A DNA stretch of 43,622 bases from Bacillota bacterium (GTDB lineage Bacteria > Bacillota > GCA-003054495 > Carboxydocellales > JAJZTU01): assembly GCA_021848765.1 (NCBI GenBank), contig JAJZTU010000003.1, positions 1 to 43,622 of the forward strand. The letters run 5' to 3'. The notes under the pieces are model-generated. The model was not told the origin of the DNA. It did not search any database and saw only the letters and a program-made list of their open reading frames with translations. The position numbers and the translations under genes were made by a program. Shown one piece after another: positions 10,080 to 19,252 of this stretch. The first letter of the stretch is position 1. Each line of letters starts with the position of its first letter.

Positions 10080-11072
10080 TCAACCCTTTTTCAGATAAGG
10101 AGTCAGGTCAAGGTAGCCCATATCCTGGGCCACCCCGGTCGGGATGCCGGTCATCCCTTCCACATACTCCGCCATCTTGAATCTAATATCCTCAGGCTCT
10201 ACACAACAGTAATTAAAGTGGGACATATAACAAAGCTTGACCTGGGAATCCCTCAGCAGATGGGCCAGCCCGATGGTAGTTATATGCCGGTGGACCCAGG
10301 CATTGTGACTGGTAACATTGGCGATAAGGACATCTACCCGGGAAAAGGCTTCCCTGATATCCTCCCTGAAGCGCTCGACTTTCCGGAAGTCCATTATCGG
10401 CCCAAAACGCTTTACTTCCTGGATGCCGTCCGGGGTGGAGTAAGCGAGGATATAGTTGGTATCCCCGGTATAGCCAAGGCGGAGGCCCTCCGCCTCCAGA
10501 ATAAATCCGTAGTTTTCCGTCCCGTGATAGGCTTGGACGGGAGTAAGCTTTACTCCTTTGACAGTCAAACTGCTGCCTGCCTCCAGGTAAACCACCTGGG
10601 GTCCTCCCAGATAGCCGTATTTTTCGGTTTCTCCCTGGTGAAACTTGCTGATACTTCTTTCGTCCTCAAAGACCTTTTTCGGCCCCATGAGGAGTCCACG
10701 GCGGGTGGACATCGCCCAACACATGCCTTCAATAATGCTCTCCGCCCCGGCGTAATGGTCCACATGTCCGTGGGAGATGTACACGGCATCCAAGGCGCCC
10801 AAATCGACCCGGGCCTCCAGGACCCCTTGCAGGGCCCCCGGACCGGGATCCACATACATAAACAGGTCGCCGAACTCCACCAGAAAGCCGGCTGTCCGGG
10901 GCCTCTGGGCAAGCACTGCCTCAGGGTTCCCCCCTGTCCCTAAAAAGGTTACTCCCCACTTGGGTTTTCTCTGTAGGCGACCCTTGCGGTCTTTCCATTT
11001 TTCTTTGGAATTTAAGATAGCTGCCTTAGTTTTGTCCCGCAGCCATAAATCCAGGTCTTGCATCTTAACCAT
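10080..11072 (-). CDS. MBL-fold metallo-hydrolase
   Basis: FLGTGG, VDPG, HGHVDH (HxHxDH) and GYTGDT motifs. Confidence 0.85.
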   Translation of the reverse strand: MVKMQDLDLWLRDKTKAAILNSKEKWKDRKGRLQRKPKWGVTFLGTGGNPEAVLAQRPRTAGFLVEFGDLFMYVDPGPGALQGVLEARVDLGALDAVYISHGHVDHYAGAESIIEGMCWAMSTRRGLLMGPKKVFEDERSISKFHQGETEKYGYLGGPQVVYLEAGSSLTVKGVKLTPVQAYHGTENYGFILEAEGLRLGYTGDTNYILAYSTPDGIQEVKRFGPIMDFRKVERFREDIREAFSRVDVLIANVTSHNAWVHRHITTIGLAHLLRDSQVKLCYMSHFNYCCVEPEDIRFKMAEYVEGMTGIPTGVAQDMGYLDLTPYLKKG

Positions 11073-11093
11073 GATTGGCTCCCCATTTAAAAA

Positions 11094-11125
11094 ACTCTAT
11101 ATTTAACTGACTCTGTATTTAACTG
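11094..11125. repeat. 16-bp tandem duplication
   Basis: ACTCTATATTTAACTG / ACTCTGTATTTAACTG (15/16) between the whiA stop and the next RBS. Confidence 0.7.
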
Positions 11126-11128
11126 ACG

Positions 11129-12079
11129 CTAGATTGAATTGACTCTTTCCCGCAGCTTCTCAGCCAGCTTTTCCAGCTTGCGGATCCGGTGGTTTACCCC
11201 TGACTTGCCTACTGGGGGGTCCATGAGTTCTCCCAATTCCTTAAGGCTTACCTCAGGATACCGGAGGCGGGCCTCAGCCACCTCCCGCAATCCGGCCGGA
11301 AGTTTGTCCATGCCCAAGGTATTGGCCACAAACCGGATACTTTCCAGCTGGCGCACGGCGGCATTGACGGTCTTGTTTAAATTGGCAGTCTCACAATTGA
11401 CCAGACGGTTCACCTGGTTGCGCATATCTTTGACAATGCGCACATTCTCAAAATTCAGCAGGGCGCTGTGTGCTCCAATTATGTTCAGTAAGGCCACAAT
11501 AGCCTCACTCCCCTTGAGATAGACCACCTGCCAGTTTTTGCGGGAACCTACCTTGGCAGGCAGCTTATAGCGTCTGATTAGGCGGCAGATGGCCTCGGCA
11601 TGCTTGGCGTCATTGGTGATAATCTCCAGATGGTAATCCCCTTCGGGATCGCTGACTGAGCCCCCGCCGAGAAACACCCCCCTCAGGTAAGCACGGCGGC
11701 AGCACTCTTTAGCAAGGAACTCATCATAAATTCCTTCAGCCAAGTCCCCCTCCAGGTCCAATACCCCGATGGCTTTTAAAATGGTCTGGACCTTTCCCGG
11801 CCCGGCAACCCGGACCAGATAGGAATTATGCTTTTTCAACCTGATGCCTTTGCGCATCAGGACCTCGGTATGTATGTTAAACAAATTCTTCAGCATGGTA
11901 AATATCTTGCGGGCCACGGCTGCGTTTTCCGTGTTGATGTTAAGGGTAACCCTGTTGCCGGTACTGATTTGGATGACCCCGTCCATGCGAATCAAAGCAG
12001 CCAGCTCGGCCTTCTGGCAGCAGCGTTTTTCCGGTATAATCCGGGCCAGTTCATTCTTTGTGGTAGCTGAGAAAGACAA
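11129..12079 (-). CDS. whiA: DNA-binding protein WhiA
   Basis: MSFS..TKNEL, YLRGVFLGGGS..DP, NRLVNCETANL and KSGVNHR motifs. Confidence 0.97.
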   Translation of the reverse strand: MSFSATTKNELARIIPEKRCCQKAELAALIRMDGVIQISTGNRVTLNINTENAAVARKIFTMLKNLFNIHTEVLMRKGIRLKKHNSYLVRVAGPGKVQTILKAIGVLDLEGDLAEGIYDEFLAKECCRRAYLRGVFLGGGSVSDPEGDYHLEIITNDAKHAEAICRLIRRYKLPAKVGSRKNWQVVYLKGSEAIVALLNIIGAHSALLNFENVRIVKDMRNQVNRLVNCETANLNKTVNAAVRQLESIRFVANTLGMDKLPAGLREVAEARLRYPEVSLKELGELMDPPVGKSGVNHRIRKLEKLAEKLRERVNSI

Positions 12080-12126
12080 TCCCTACACCCCCTTAAGGGC
12101 TCTTGAACTTTAGTATACCACAATTA

Positions 12127-13575
12127 TTATGCCAGGAAAACATTTGGCAGCCACACTGTAAAGGCGCTCCCCACTCCGGGGGAGCTTTCCACCTCAAGCT
12201 CTCCCCCGTGCTGCTCCACTATCCGGTTGGCAATAGCCAGGCCCAGGCCGGTCCCGCTGCCTACCCTGGCCCGGTCTGCCCGGTAGAAACGCCGGAAAAT
12301 CTTAGGGATATCCTCAGGAGCAATCCCTGTCCCTGTATCATGGACAGTAATGCCGATAAAACCCGGCTTTTGCCGGGTGTCCAGCCAGACCCTGCCTCCC
12401 GCAGGGGTGTATTTAAAAGCATTATCAATAATAATCAGGAATAACTGCTTCAGGTAGTCCGGGTTGGCTGTAACCTGAATTCCTTTGACCTCTGCGGGAT
12501 CCATCCCCCGGAAGGTTGCCTGTCCAGGAATCAGGCGCACCTGGCGGTACAAATCTGCAAGGAACTCCTGCAGGGAAAGAGTTGCTTTGGTTATCTTAAA
12601 GCCGGCGTCTGCCCGGGCCAGGGCCAGGAGGTCGTTAACCAGCCGGGTCATCCGTTCCGTCTCCCCGGCGATATCTGCCAAAACTTCCCGGCGGGCTTCA
12701 GGGTCAATGTCCCCCATCTTTTGCAAGAGTTCAATATTGCCCCTGATGGTGGTCAAGGGGGTGCGCAGCTCATGGGAAGCATCGGAAACAAAGCGCTTCT
12801 GGGTAGCGATGCCCTCCTCCAGGCTTTGGTAGGCGCCGTGCAGCCTGGCCAGCATGTCATTGATGGTAGCGGTAAGTTCCCCAATCTCATCGGCAGGCCC
12901 TTCATAGTGAATACGGCTCTGGAGGTCCCGCGCCTCCTGAATATCCGCCGCAGCCTGGATTAAGCGGTCAATCGGCCGTAAAGCCATTCCGGCCAAAAAC
13001 CAGCCCAGCATCCCCGTCAACAGTACCGTCACCAGCCCCCCTGTAAACAGCACAAAGCTGAGGCGGCCAAGAGCCCTGTCCACCGGGACCAGCGAACGCC
13101 CTACCTGAAGAATGCCGATAATTTGGTCACGATAGGTCAAAGGCAGGTTAAAAGTGCGCAGCCTCTGGTCACCTGCCTCAATGGTCTCGTAAAAGCCCTT
13201 GCCTTTTACTGCATAGAGCAAGGTCTGCCTGCTTAAGGGCAGTACCTGATTACCCAGGTTATTAGACCTGGCCAAAATTTCCCCGTGATCATTTACCACC
13301 TGAAGATAGGTATCCGGCGAGGCAAAAACGTCAACATTAGGCAGAATAACCTGGCTTAAAGGAAAGGGAAATTCTCCCACGACCGTAATGGAGCGCACCA
13401 CTTGGTTTGCCTGGTTGGCAACTGACTGGTCGATCTCCTGGTGAAGATTGTGGCTTAAAAAAAGGTAGAGAAACACCCCTAAAGCCAGTAAGGTTAAGCT
13501 CAGGACCGTGCTATACCAAACAGTAAGCCGCATCCTGACAGACAGTTTCCGCCAGGGATTCTCTATAATGTTCAT
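12127..13575 (-). CDS. HAMP-domain sensor histidine kinase
   Basis: Two TM helices, HAMP domain, H-box ASHELRTPLT, N box DNAFKY and G boxes DTGTGI / GTGLGL. Confidence 0.95.
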   Translation of the reverse strand: MNIIENPWRKLSVRMRLTVWYSTVLSLTLLALGVFLYLFLSHNLHQEIDQSVANQANQVVRSITVVGEFPFPLSQVILPNVDVFASPDTYLQVVNDHGEILARSNNLGNQVLPLSRQTLLYAVKGKGFYETIEAGDQRLRTFNLPLTYRDQIIGILQVGRSLVPVDRALGRLSFVLFTGGLVTVLLTGMLGWFLAGMALRPIDRLIQAAADIQEARDLQSRIHYEGPADEIGELTATINDMLARLHGAYQSLEEGIATQKRFVSDASHELRTPLTTIRGNIELLQKMGDIDPEARREVLADIAGETERMTRLVNDLLALARADAGFKITKATLSLQEFLADLYRQVRLIPGQATFRGMDPAEVKGIQVTANPDYLKQLFLIIIDNAFKYTPAGGRVWLDTRQKPGFIGITVHDTGTGIAPEDIPKIFRRFYRADRARVGSGTGLGLAIANRIVEQHGGELEVESSPGVGSAFTVWLPNVFLA

Positions 13576-13581
13576 CTTAGC

Positions 13582-14295
13582 TCACTCCCTAAGCACATAT
13601 CCGGCTCCCCGTACTGTATGGATCAGACGTTTTTCCCCCGCTTCCTCCAGCTTCTGACGCAGTATACCCACATAGACTTCCAGGACATTGGACTCCCCAC
13701 TGTAGTCAAAACCCCAAATCCTATCCATAATCAGTTCCCTGGTCAAGACCTGGCGGGGGTGCTCCAGGAACAGGGACAAAAGCTCGAATTCCTTGGTGGT
13801 AAGCTGGATAACCCGGCCTCCCCGGCAGGCTTCCCGGGTGCCGGTGTCCAGGCGCAGATCTGCAAACCGGTAGACAGTTGACTGGACTGCCGGGCGCGCC
13901 TTGTTCCCGGAAGGGTTTTCCGGGTTCCCGCCCTTGCCTCTCCGCAGCAGCGCCCTCACCCTGGCCAAAAGTTCCTCCAAAGCAAAGGGTTTTATCAGGT
14001 AATCATCTGCCCCTGCATCCAAGCCCTGGACCCGGTCATTGACCTCATCCCTGGCTGTAAGCATGAGGATGGGCAGGTTGCTTTCGGCCCGCAGGCGGCG
14101 GCATACTTCCATTCCGTCCAGAGCAGGCATCATCAGGTCCAGGATCACCAGGTCAGGAGGATTGGACCAGGCCAGTTTCAGGCCCTCCAAACCATCATTG
14201 GCCACCTGCACCGCATATCCTTCAAAGGTCAGCGCCCGGCGAAGCAGAGCGGTTATTTTGGGGTCATCATCAACTACGAGAATAGTTGCACCCAT
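13582..14295 (-). CDS. OmpR/MprA-like response regulator
   Basis: VVDDD, LDLMMP and DDYLIKPF receiver motifs; winged helix ending HTVRGAGY. Confidence 0.96.
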   Translation of the reverse strand: MGATILVVDDDPKITALLRRALTFEGYAVQVANDGLEGLKLAWSNPPDLVILDLMMPALDGMEVCRRLRAESNLPILMLTARDEVNDRVQGLDAGADDYLIKPFALEELLARVRALLRRGKGGNPENPSGNKARPAVQSTVYRFADLRLDTGTREACRGGRVIQLTTKEFELLSLFLEHPRQVLTRELIMDRIWGFDYSGESNVLEVYVGILRQKLEEAGEKRLIHTVRGAGYVLRE

Positions 14296-14342
14296 AGGCG
14301 CCCTCCTCTCTGCTGTTATTTTACAACAAACTCAACTAAAAT

Positions 14343-14389
14343 AAAAACACCTGCTCCCATAGGAGCGGGTGAGGCAAAGGAGCAGGTGT
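14343..14389 (-). terminator. Terminator-like hairpin between htrA and the response regulator
   Basis: CACCCGCTCC-TATG-GGAGCAGGTG followed by TTTTT. A second copy of the 5' arm lies at 14379-14389. Confidence 0.65.
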
Positions 14390-14415
14390 ATATTTGAAAG
14401 GCGAGTTGACAGTGC

Positions 14416-15618
14416 CTACTTGTGGCGGTCCTGCTTGGCTTCTATAGTGACCTCCGCGTAGTTGGTATTGCCGTCCCGGAAGACTACCAGGACTACTTTG
14501 TCACCCACCTTTGTTTTCTGAACCAATTCTACCAGTTCATCCTGAGTCTTAACCGGCTTTTTATTAAACTCCAAAATGATGTCACCCCTCTGAAGGCCAG
14601 CTTTCTCAGCAGGACCACCGGGAGCTACCGAGGCCACAATAACCCCTTCGGCCTTATTGAAGCCAAAATATTCGGCCAGCTCTTTGGTTACCGGCTGGAG
14701 GTATACTCCTAACCAGGGGCGCGTTACCTTGCCGTTTTTCAGCAAGTCCTGAAGGATAGCCTGGACAGTACTGGTGGGAATGGCGAAACCGATTCCCTGA
14801 GCCTGAGCGTTTACCGCCGTGTTAATCCCTACAACCTCACCGTTCAGGTTTAACAGGGGACCGCCGCTGTTGCCGGGGTTAATGGAAGCATCAGTCTGCA
14901 GAAGGTTTTCGTACCGCCGGTCCTCGATGTTTACCGGGCGGCCCTTAGCGCTGATGACGCCTACTGTGACGGTGTGGTCCAGGCCATAGGGGTTCCCGAT
15001 GGCGATTACCCAATCCCCCACCAGGATGTTCTCCGATTTGCCCAGGGGAAGGGTGGGCAGTTCCTTGTCTGCCTTGATTTTTAATACTGCCAGGTCTTTA
15101 TCATAATCAGAGCCTGCTAATTCAGCTGTAAAGGGTGTGGCATAGCCGTTTACCGTTACTGTAATTTTGTTCGCCCCGTCGATAACGTGTTCATTGGTTA
15201 GGATATAGCCGTCCTTGGAGATGATAAAGCCGGAGCCCATTCCCTTTTGAATTGACTGCTGCCGGGGCGCTAACTGCTGGTCACCGAAGAATTCCCGGAA
15301 AAAAGGATCGTTAAAAAATGGGTTTAGCCTCTGCATATCTGTGACCCTGACCTGGGTTTCAATCTTAACCACAGCCGGTCCGGTTTTGGCTACAATATCC
15401 CTGATCGTAGTAGGCCCCAGTAAGGTTACCGGACTTGTTACCTGAAAATCGGCCAACCGGCCGGTTTCCGCAGTCTTGGCGGTTTCCGCCCGGGCGGCTT
15501 TGTCCAAGATTCCGGGATTCAGAGCCAGCATCAGCCCACCTAAAGCCAAAATACCGGCTAAAAAGGAGCCAATTACTATGCCTAAAATGGGGCGTTTGGC
15601 CTGATTAGTTTCCTGCAT
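14416..15618 (-). CDS. htrA: HtrA/DegP-family serine protease with PDZ domain
   Basis: N-terminal TM, GSGFII, TNEHV, TDASINPGNSGGPL and a C-terminal PDZ domain. Confidence 0.95.
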   Translation of the reverse strand: MQETNQAKRPILGIVIGSFLAGILALGGLMLALNPGILDKAARAETAKTAETGRLADFQVTSPVTLLGPTTIRDIVAKTGPAVVKIETQVRVTDMQRLNPFFNDPFFREFFGDQQLAPRQQSIQKGMGSGFIISKDGYILTNEHVIDGANKITVTVNGYATPFTAELAGSDYDKDLAVLKIKADKELPTLPLGKSENILVGDWVIAIGNPYGLDHTVTVGVISAKGRPVNIEDRRYENLLQTDASINPGNSGGPLLNLNGEVVGINTAVNAQAQGIGFAIPTSTVQAILQDLLKNGKVTRPWLGVYLQPVTKELAEYFGFNKAEGVIVASVAPGGPAEKAGLQRGDIILEFNKKPVKTQDELVELVQKTKVGDKVVLVVFRDGNTNYAEVTIEAKQDRHK

Positions 15619-15664
15619 GAGTTCTCCCTCCAGAATTCTTTTAGTTTAATTTTGGAGGAGAAAG

Positions 15665-15681
15665 CTGAATATAACCTGAAA
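15665..15681 (-). promoter_or_regulatory. Putative OmpR-family tandem binding box upstream of htrA
   Basis: TTTCAG-N5-ATTCAG, 11-bp period, resembling the MprA box TCTCAG-N5-TCTCAG. Confidence 0.45.
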
Positions 15682-15724
15682 ATAAGGTAAAGCTTTGTTA
15701 AAAGTTTTTTCCTTACTATCGTTT

Positions 15725-16804
15725 TCACAGGTTTTTTACTGCTGCCAGGGCATTAACCAGGCCTGCCCCTTGCTGATCGGAGTTAAGCCCTGGCAGCAGC
15801 TCAGCCTGTTTTTTCAGGTGAGTTATCATCTGGGTAGGATTCAGGGATTTTCTGGCCAGGACCAGGGCACAGGTGCCGGTGACATGAGGGGTAGCCATGG
15901 AAGTACCGCTCATATAGGCATAAGAATTGCCCTTATAGGTAGAGTAGATATTAACTCCGGGCGCTGTCAAATCAACCGAAGGGCCACAGGAGCTAAAGTA
16001 GGCAAAGGAATCATTCTGAGCGATTGCTGTTACTGCTATAACTTGAGGGTATTTGGCCGGATAAATGACCGTATCCCCACTGCAACCGCTGTTGCCGGCG
16101 GCAGCCACCATGGTAATTCCGGCCTGGGCTACTTTGACTATAGCTGCATAAAAAGAGGGGTAATCAAAAGGTGTGCCCAGACTCATGTTAATAACCCTCA
16201 TCTTGTGGTTAATACACCACTGAAGGCCCTCAATCACATCTGACAGGTAACCGCTCCCATATTTATTTAATACCTTTACACCGTACAGTAAAGCTTTGGG
16301 AGCAACCCCAACAACGCCCAGGGAATTATTCAGGGCGGCAACTATTCCGGCTACATGGGTCCCGTGGCCGTTATCATCATGAAAGGTTTTTCCATGATTA
16401 ACAGTATTCACTCCTCCGACAACCTTTAAATCCTTATGTTTCCGGTCAATCCCGGTATCAACTATGGCCACCTTGACTTTTGCCCCGGCGCTGAGCGGCC
16501 ACGCCAAATTAGCTTTTATCCGTTTTATTCCCCATGGCAGCGCCTGAGCCTGAGGATTGAGCTCAGATTCCCGTTCTGCCGCTGGTTCACCCTCAGAAAC
16601 CGCAGTAATCCTGCAGTCATCATCAACTCTCTGCACCCATGGTTCATTGGCAAGGGCAGTTAAGGCAGCTTTCTTGCGTACCTTTACTACCAAAGCGTTA
16701 ATTATGGGCAGGGATTTAATTATTACTCCCCAAGGAAGTACCTGACTCAAGGTTAATTGGTCAAGATTATAATCCGGATTTAAAACAATAATTTTTCTCA
16801 CCAC
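15725..16804 (-). CDS. S8 subtilisin-like serine peptidase, no obvious signal peptide
   Basis: Catalytic triad motifs IVDTG, HGTHVAG and GTSMATPH. Start placed at GTG 16804 after AAAGGGGG (alternative ATG 16825). Confidence 0.93.
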   Translation of the reverse strand: MVRKIIVLNPDYNLDQLTLSQVLPWGVIIKSLPIINALVVKVRKKAALTALANEPWVQRVDDDCRITAVSEGEPAAERESELNPQAQALPWGIKRIKANLAWPLSAGAKVKVAIVDTGIDRKHKDLKVVGGVNTVNHGKTFHDDNGHGTHVAGIVAALNNSLGVVGVAPKALLYGVKVLNKYGSGYLSDVIEGLQWCINHKMRVINMSLGTPFDYPSFYAAIVKVAQAGITMVAAAGNSGCSGDTVIYPAKYPQVIAVTAIAQNDSFAYFSSCGPSVDLTAPGVNIYSTYKGNSYAYMSGTSMATPHVTGTCALVLARKSLNPTQMITHLKKQAELLPGLNSDQQGAGLVNALAAVKNL

Positions 16805-16875
16805 AGCCGCCCCCTTTAAAGCCATTCCGGTTAGGGATCACGTGATTTAACTTCCTAGGTGTGACAGGTATAATA

Positions 16876-16903
16876 TACAATATGAATTTTTTGCAGCTGT
16901 GGT
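16876..16903 (-). promoter_or_regulatory. Possible sigma-K-type promoter for the S8 peptidase
   Basis: AC-N17-CATATTGTA resembles the AC-N16/17-CATANNNT consensus. Confidence 0.3.
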
Positions 16904-16906
16904 TAC

Positions 16907-16938
16907 AACAAAACAACCCAGGTTGCCCTGGGTTGTTT
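16907..16938 (-). terminator. Intrinsic terminator
   Basis: AAACAACCCAGG-4-CCTGGGTTGTTT perfect 12-bp stem just after the lipoprotein stop. Confidence 0.85.
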
Positions 16939-16946
16939 AAGTAAAG

Positions 16947-17483
16947 TTAAGTGGTTGGTTTGGCTCTGTTAAAAAATTCGCCGATTTCTTTGAAGAAATC
17001 AGATATAGGCCTGCCTTCGGCTATACCCCTGGCCATACCCTGGATTCGTCCCACCGCGTCCGGGTCGGTCTCCACCACAGCATTGACAATGCGGGGGTCT
17101 TCCTTGGCCCGGCTGGCGGCCAGTTCCCTGATTCTTTCCACCTTAGCCCCTTCGATGTTCTTTTTGAGGTCCACGCCAATGAGGGCAACATTCCCTACTA
17201 CGACAACATAGGCTCTGTTCACCCCATCAATAGCCGCTGCCTTTCTGGCAATATCATCAGCTGCATCAGCCGCACGGGCCTGGGTTCCGGGTGCAGGAAC
17301 CACCGGGGCCGGAGTAACCGCGCCAGGAGCCGGCGTTGTGGCCGGAGGAGGAGCCGGTGCTGTGGGCGGCGCCGGAGGAGCCGGTATGGGTTTTCTGGGA
17401 GCACAGCCACCTAGAGTTAAGACGGCTGCTACCAGGATTGCTACTAAAGCCAGGCTTAAAAAATATCCAATTCCCTTGTTCAT
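16947..17483 (-). CDS. YhcN/YlaJ-family sporulation lipoprotein
   Basis: Lipobox-like LGGC, Pro/Ala linker, and GVNRAYVVVVGNVALIGVD / VETDPD motifs. ATG 17483 follows GGAGGTG. Confidence 0.85.
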   Translation of the reverse strand: MNKGIGYFLSLALVAILVAAVLTLGGCAPRKPIPAPPAPPTAPAPPPATTPAPGAVTPAPVVPAPGTQARAADAADDIARKAAAIDGVNRAYVVVVGNVALIGVDLKKNIEGAKVERIRELAASRAKEDPRIVNAVVETDPDAVGRIQGMARGIAEGRPISDFFKEIGEFFNRAKPTT

Positions 17484-17617
17484 AGAATTCACCTCCTCTC
17501 CGGTAGATAGCAAAACTTGCCCAGAGGTAAGTTTTTCCCACCGGAGAGAAAATATGCAGCAGTATCCAATGCAACACGGTGTCACCTCAATTTTTTTAAG
17601 TAAATATAAGTAAATAT

Positions 17618-18037
17618 CTAACTTCTGACCACAAAAATGCTCCCAATTAGTATTAAAATACTCCCTAAAAGCAATTGTGTGCTCACCTTTTCCCGCAAGA
17701 ATAGAACTGCTATAACGAGAGTAACTACCACGCTGAGTTTGTCCAAAGGCGCCACCTTACTGGCCGGCGCTAACTTCAACGCCGCGAAAAACGCTAACCA
17801 GGATGCGGCTCCGGATAACCCGGATAAAAAAATAAAGACAAGAGAATGTCTATCTATACTTCTTATTTGTGAAAAAGTGCCGTTAAAAAGTATCAACATA
17901 ATCAAAGACCCGGCCATTATTGTAGCCCTGACCGCTGTTGCCACCGTTGAGTCTATATTTCGTATACCGACTTTTCCAAAAATGCCAACCAAACCGGCAA
18001 AAAAAGCAGAAAGTAGAGAATAAGTAATCCATCCCAT
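17618..18037 (-). CDS. EamA/DMT-family small membrane transporter
   Basis: Five hydrophobic segments, KVGIRNIDS..ATAVR and SKVAPLDKLS motifs. Confidence 0.85.
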   Translation of the reverse strand: MGWITYSLLSAFFAGLVGIFGKVGIRNIDSTVATAVRATIMAGSLIMLILFNGTFSQIRSIDRHSLVFIFLSGLSGAASWLAFFAALKLAPASKVAPLDKLSVVVTLVIAVLFLREKVSTQLLLGSILILIGSIFVVRS

Positions 18038-18079
18038 TTATGATTCCTCACTTTTGGCTCCCCTTCAGAGAGCCCGTCG

Positions 18080-18424
18080 CTATTTTACTTTCTTTTTAGC
18101 ACCATACTGTATAACATTTACATCAACCAGCATAATTAACCCCCGAGGAACCATTTCTTGAACAGCAGGTAAAATTCTCATAATATTTTCCTCAGAATCT
18201 ACTGCTTCGATAACCATCGGTAAATCTGCAGAAAGGTCAAGTATTTTGGCAGAGTGAAGCTGTTTATCTGCACCATAGCCCAGAATCCCCCTATAGACCG
18301 TAGCTCCGGCTATTCCTGCTTCCCTTAACTTCATTACGATTTGATTGTATAGTGTTTTACCGCGCCACTTTTCAGCTTCCCCAACATAAATCTTCAACAG
18401 CTTAGCTTTACCTGTAATGTCCAT
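18080..18424 (-). CDS. DUF190 (PII-like, CrcB-associated) protein
   Basis: LKIYVGE, GIAGATVYRGILGYG and LSADLPMVIE motifs. Adjacent to crcB. Confidence 0.9.
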   Translation of the reverse strand: MDITGKAKLLKIYVGEAEKWRGKTLYNQIVMKLREAGIAGATVYRGILGYGADKQLHSAKILDLSADLPMVIEAVDSEENIMRILPAVQEMVPRGLIMLVDVNVIQYGAKKKVK

Positions 18425-18436
18425 AATCACACCTCC

Positions 18437-18808
18437 CTATAACTGTCCCGCTAAAACAATACCGGCGTATGCTGAGACCAAACCAACGATAATACTGGTT
18501 AAGAAATATTTAACTGCTGTGCTTTTTTCCCCGTCTTCAATTAAACCGATTATTTCGTAACTAAAAGTAGAATAAGTGGTATAAGCACCCAGGAATCCCG
18601 TTGTTGTCAGGTGCTTTAAAAAAACCAATTCGGCACTGGCCCTGGAAAACAAAACATACAGTAAACCCATTACAAATGATCCGGTAATATTTATCAAAAA
18701 GGTGGCCAGCGGAAAATCCCCCCGCCACCTTTGGCCTACCCATTTACTTAGACCATACCTGGATAAGGCGCCAAAGACACCCCCTAAACCAACAAAAACG
18801 TACTCCAT
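18437..18808 (-). CDS. crcB: Fluoride efflux channel Fluc/CrcB
   Basis: GGVFGALSRY, INITGSF and TGFLGAYTTYSTF motifs. Confidence 0.95.
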   Translation of the reverse strand: MEYVFVGLGGVFGALSRYGLSKWVGQRWRGDFPLATFLINITGSFVMGLLYVLFSRASAELVFLKHLTTTGFLGAYTTYSTFSYEIIGLIEDGEKSTAVKYFLTSIIVGLVSAYAGIVLAGQL

Positions 18809-18831
18809 ATTTTTTCGCCTCCCCGCAGGTG

Positions 18832-19242
18832 CTATTCAGCGGATTCCCTTACAGGCCGCGCGGTCATGACCCTGCTCAAAACAACGCCGAACCAGGCAAA
18901 CAATACACAACCAAGTGACGTGGACAGGATATAGGCCAGAGAAAGCCCAGTCAGGTTGCTCCTTAGTAAATTAATTGATTCCAGGGCAAAGGTGGAAAAA
19001 GTGGTATAGGCCCCCAAAAACCCGGTTCCAACAGCCAAGCGCAACTTTGGATTTATTGCCAGCCGGTCTACGGTAAGGGTCAGGAAAAAACTTAAAACAA
19101 AGCAGCCGGTCAAGTTTATGATCAGCGTATTTAGCGGGAACGCGGAAGTGAATCCGGCCTTGATCAGTTTGCCAAGGGCTGCCCTGGTAACTGCACCAAG
19201 AAACCCGGCAATTGCAACTGCCAGATAGTCCAATTTAGTCAC
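18832..19242 (-). CDS. crcB: Fluoride efflux channel Fluc/CrcB (second subunit)
   Basis: GFLGAVTR, INLTGCF and TGFLGAYTTFSTF motifs. Confidence 0.95.
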   Translation of the reverse strand: MTKLDYLAVAIAGFLGAVTRAALGKLIKAGFTSAFPLNTLIINLTGCFVLSFFLTLTVDRLAINPKLRLAVGTGFLGAYTTFSTFALESINLLRSNLTGLSLAYILSTSLGCVLFAWFGVVLSRVMTARPVRESAE

Positions 19243-19252
19243 CTGCCTATCA

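Noticed and set aside
17270-17400. GC-rich repetitive stretch in the lipoprotein gene
   Set aside because: Explained by the Pro/Ala/Thr linker codons.
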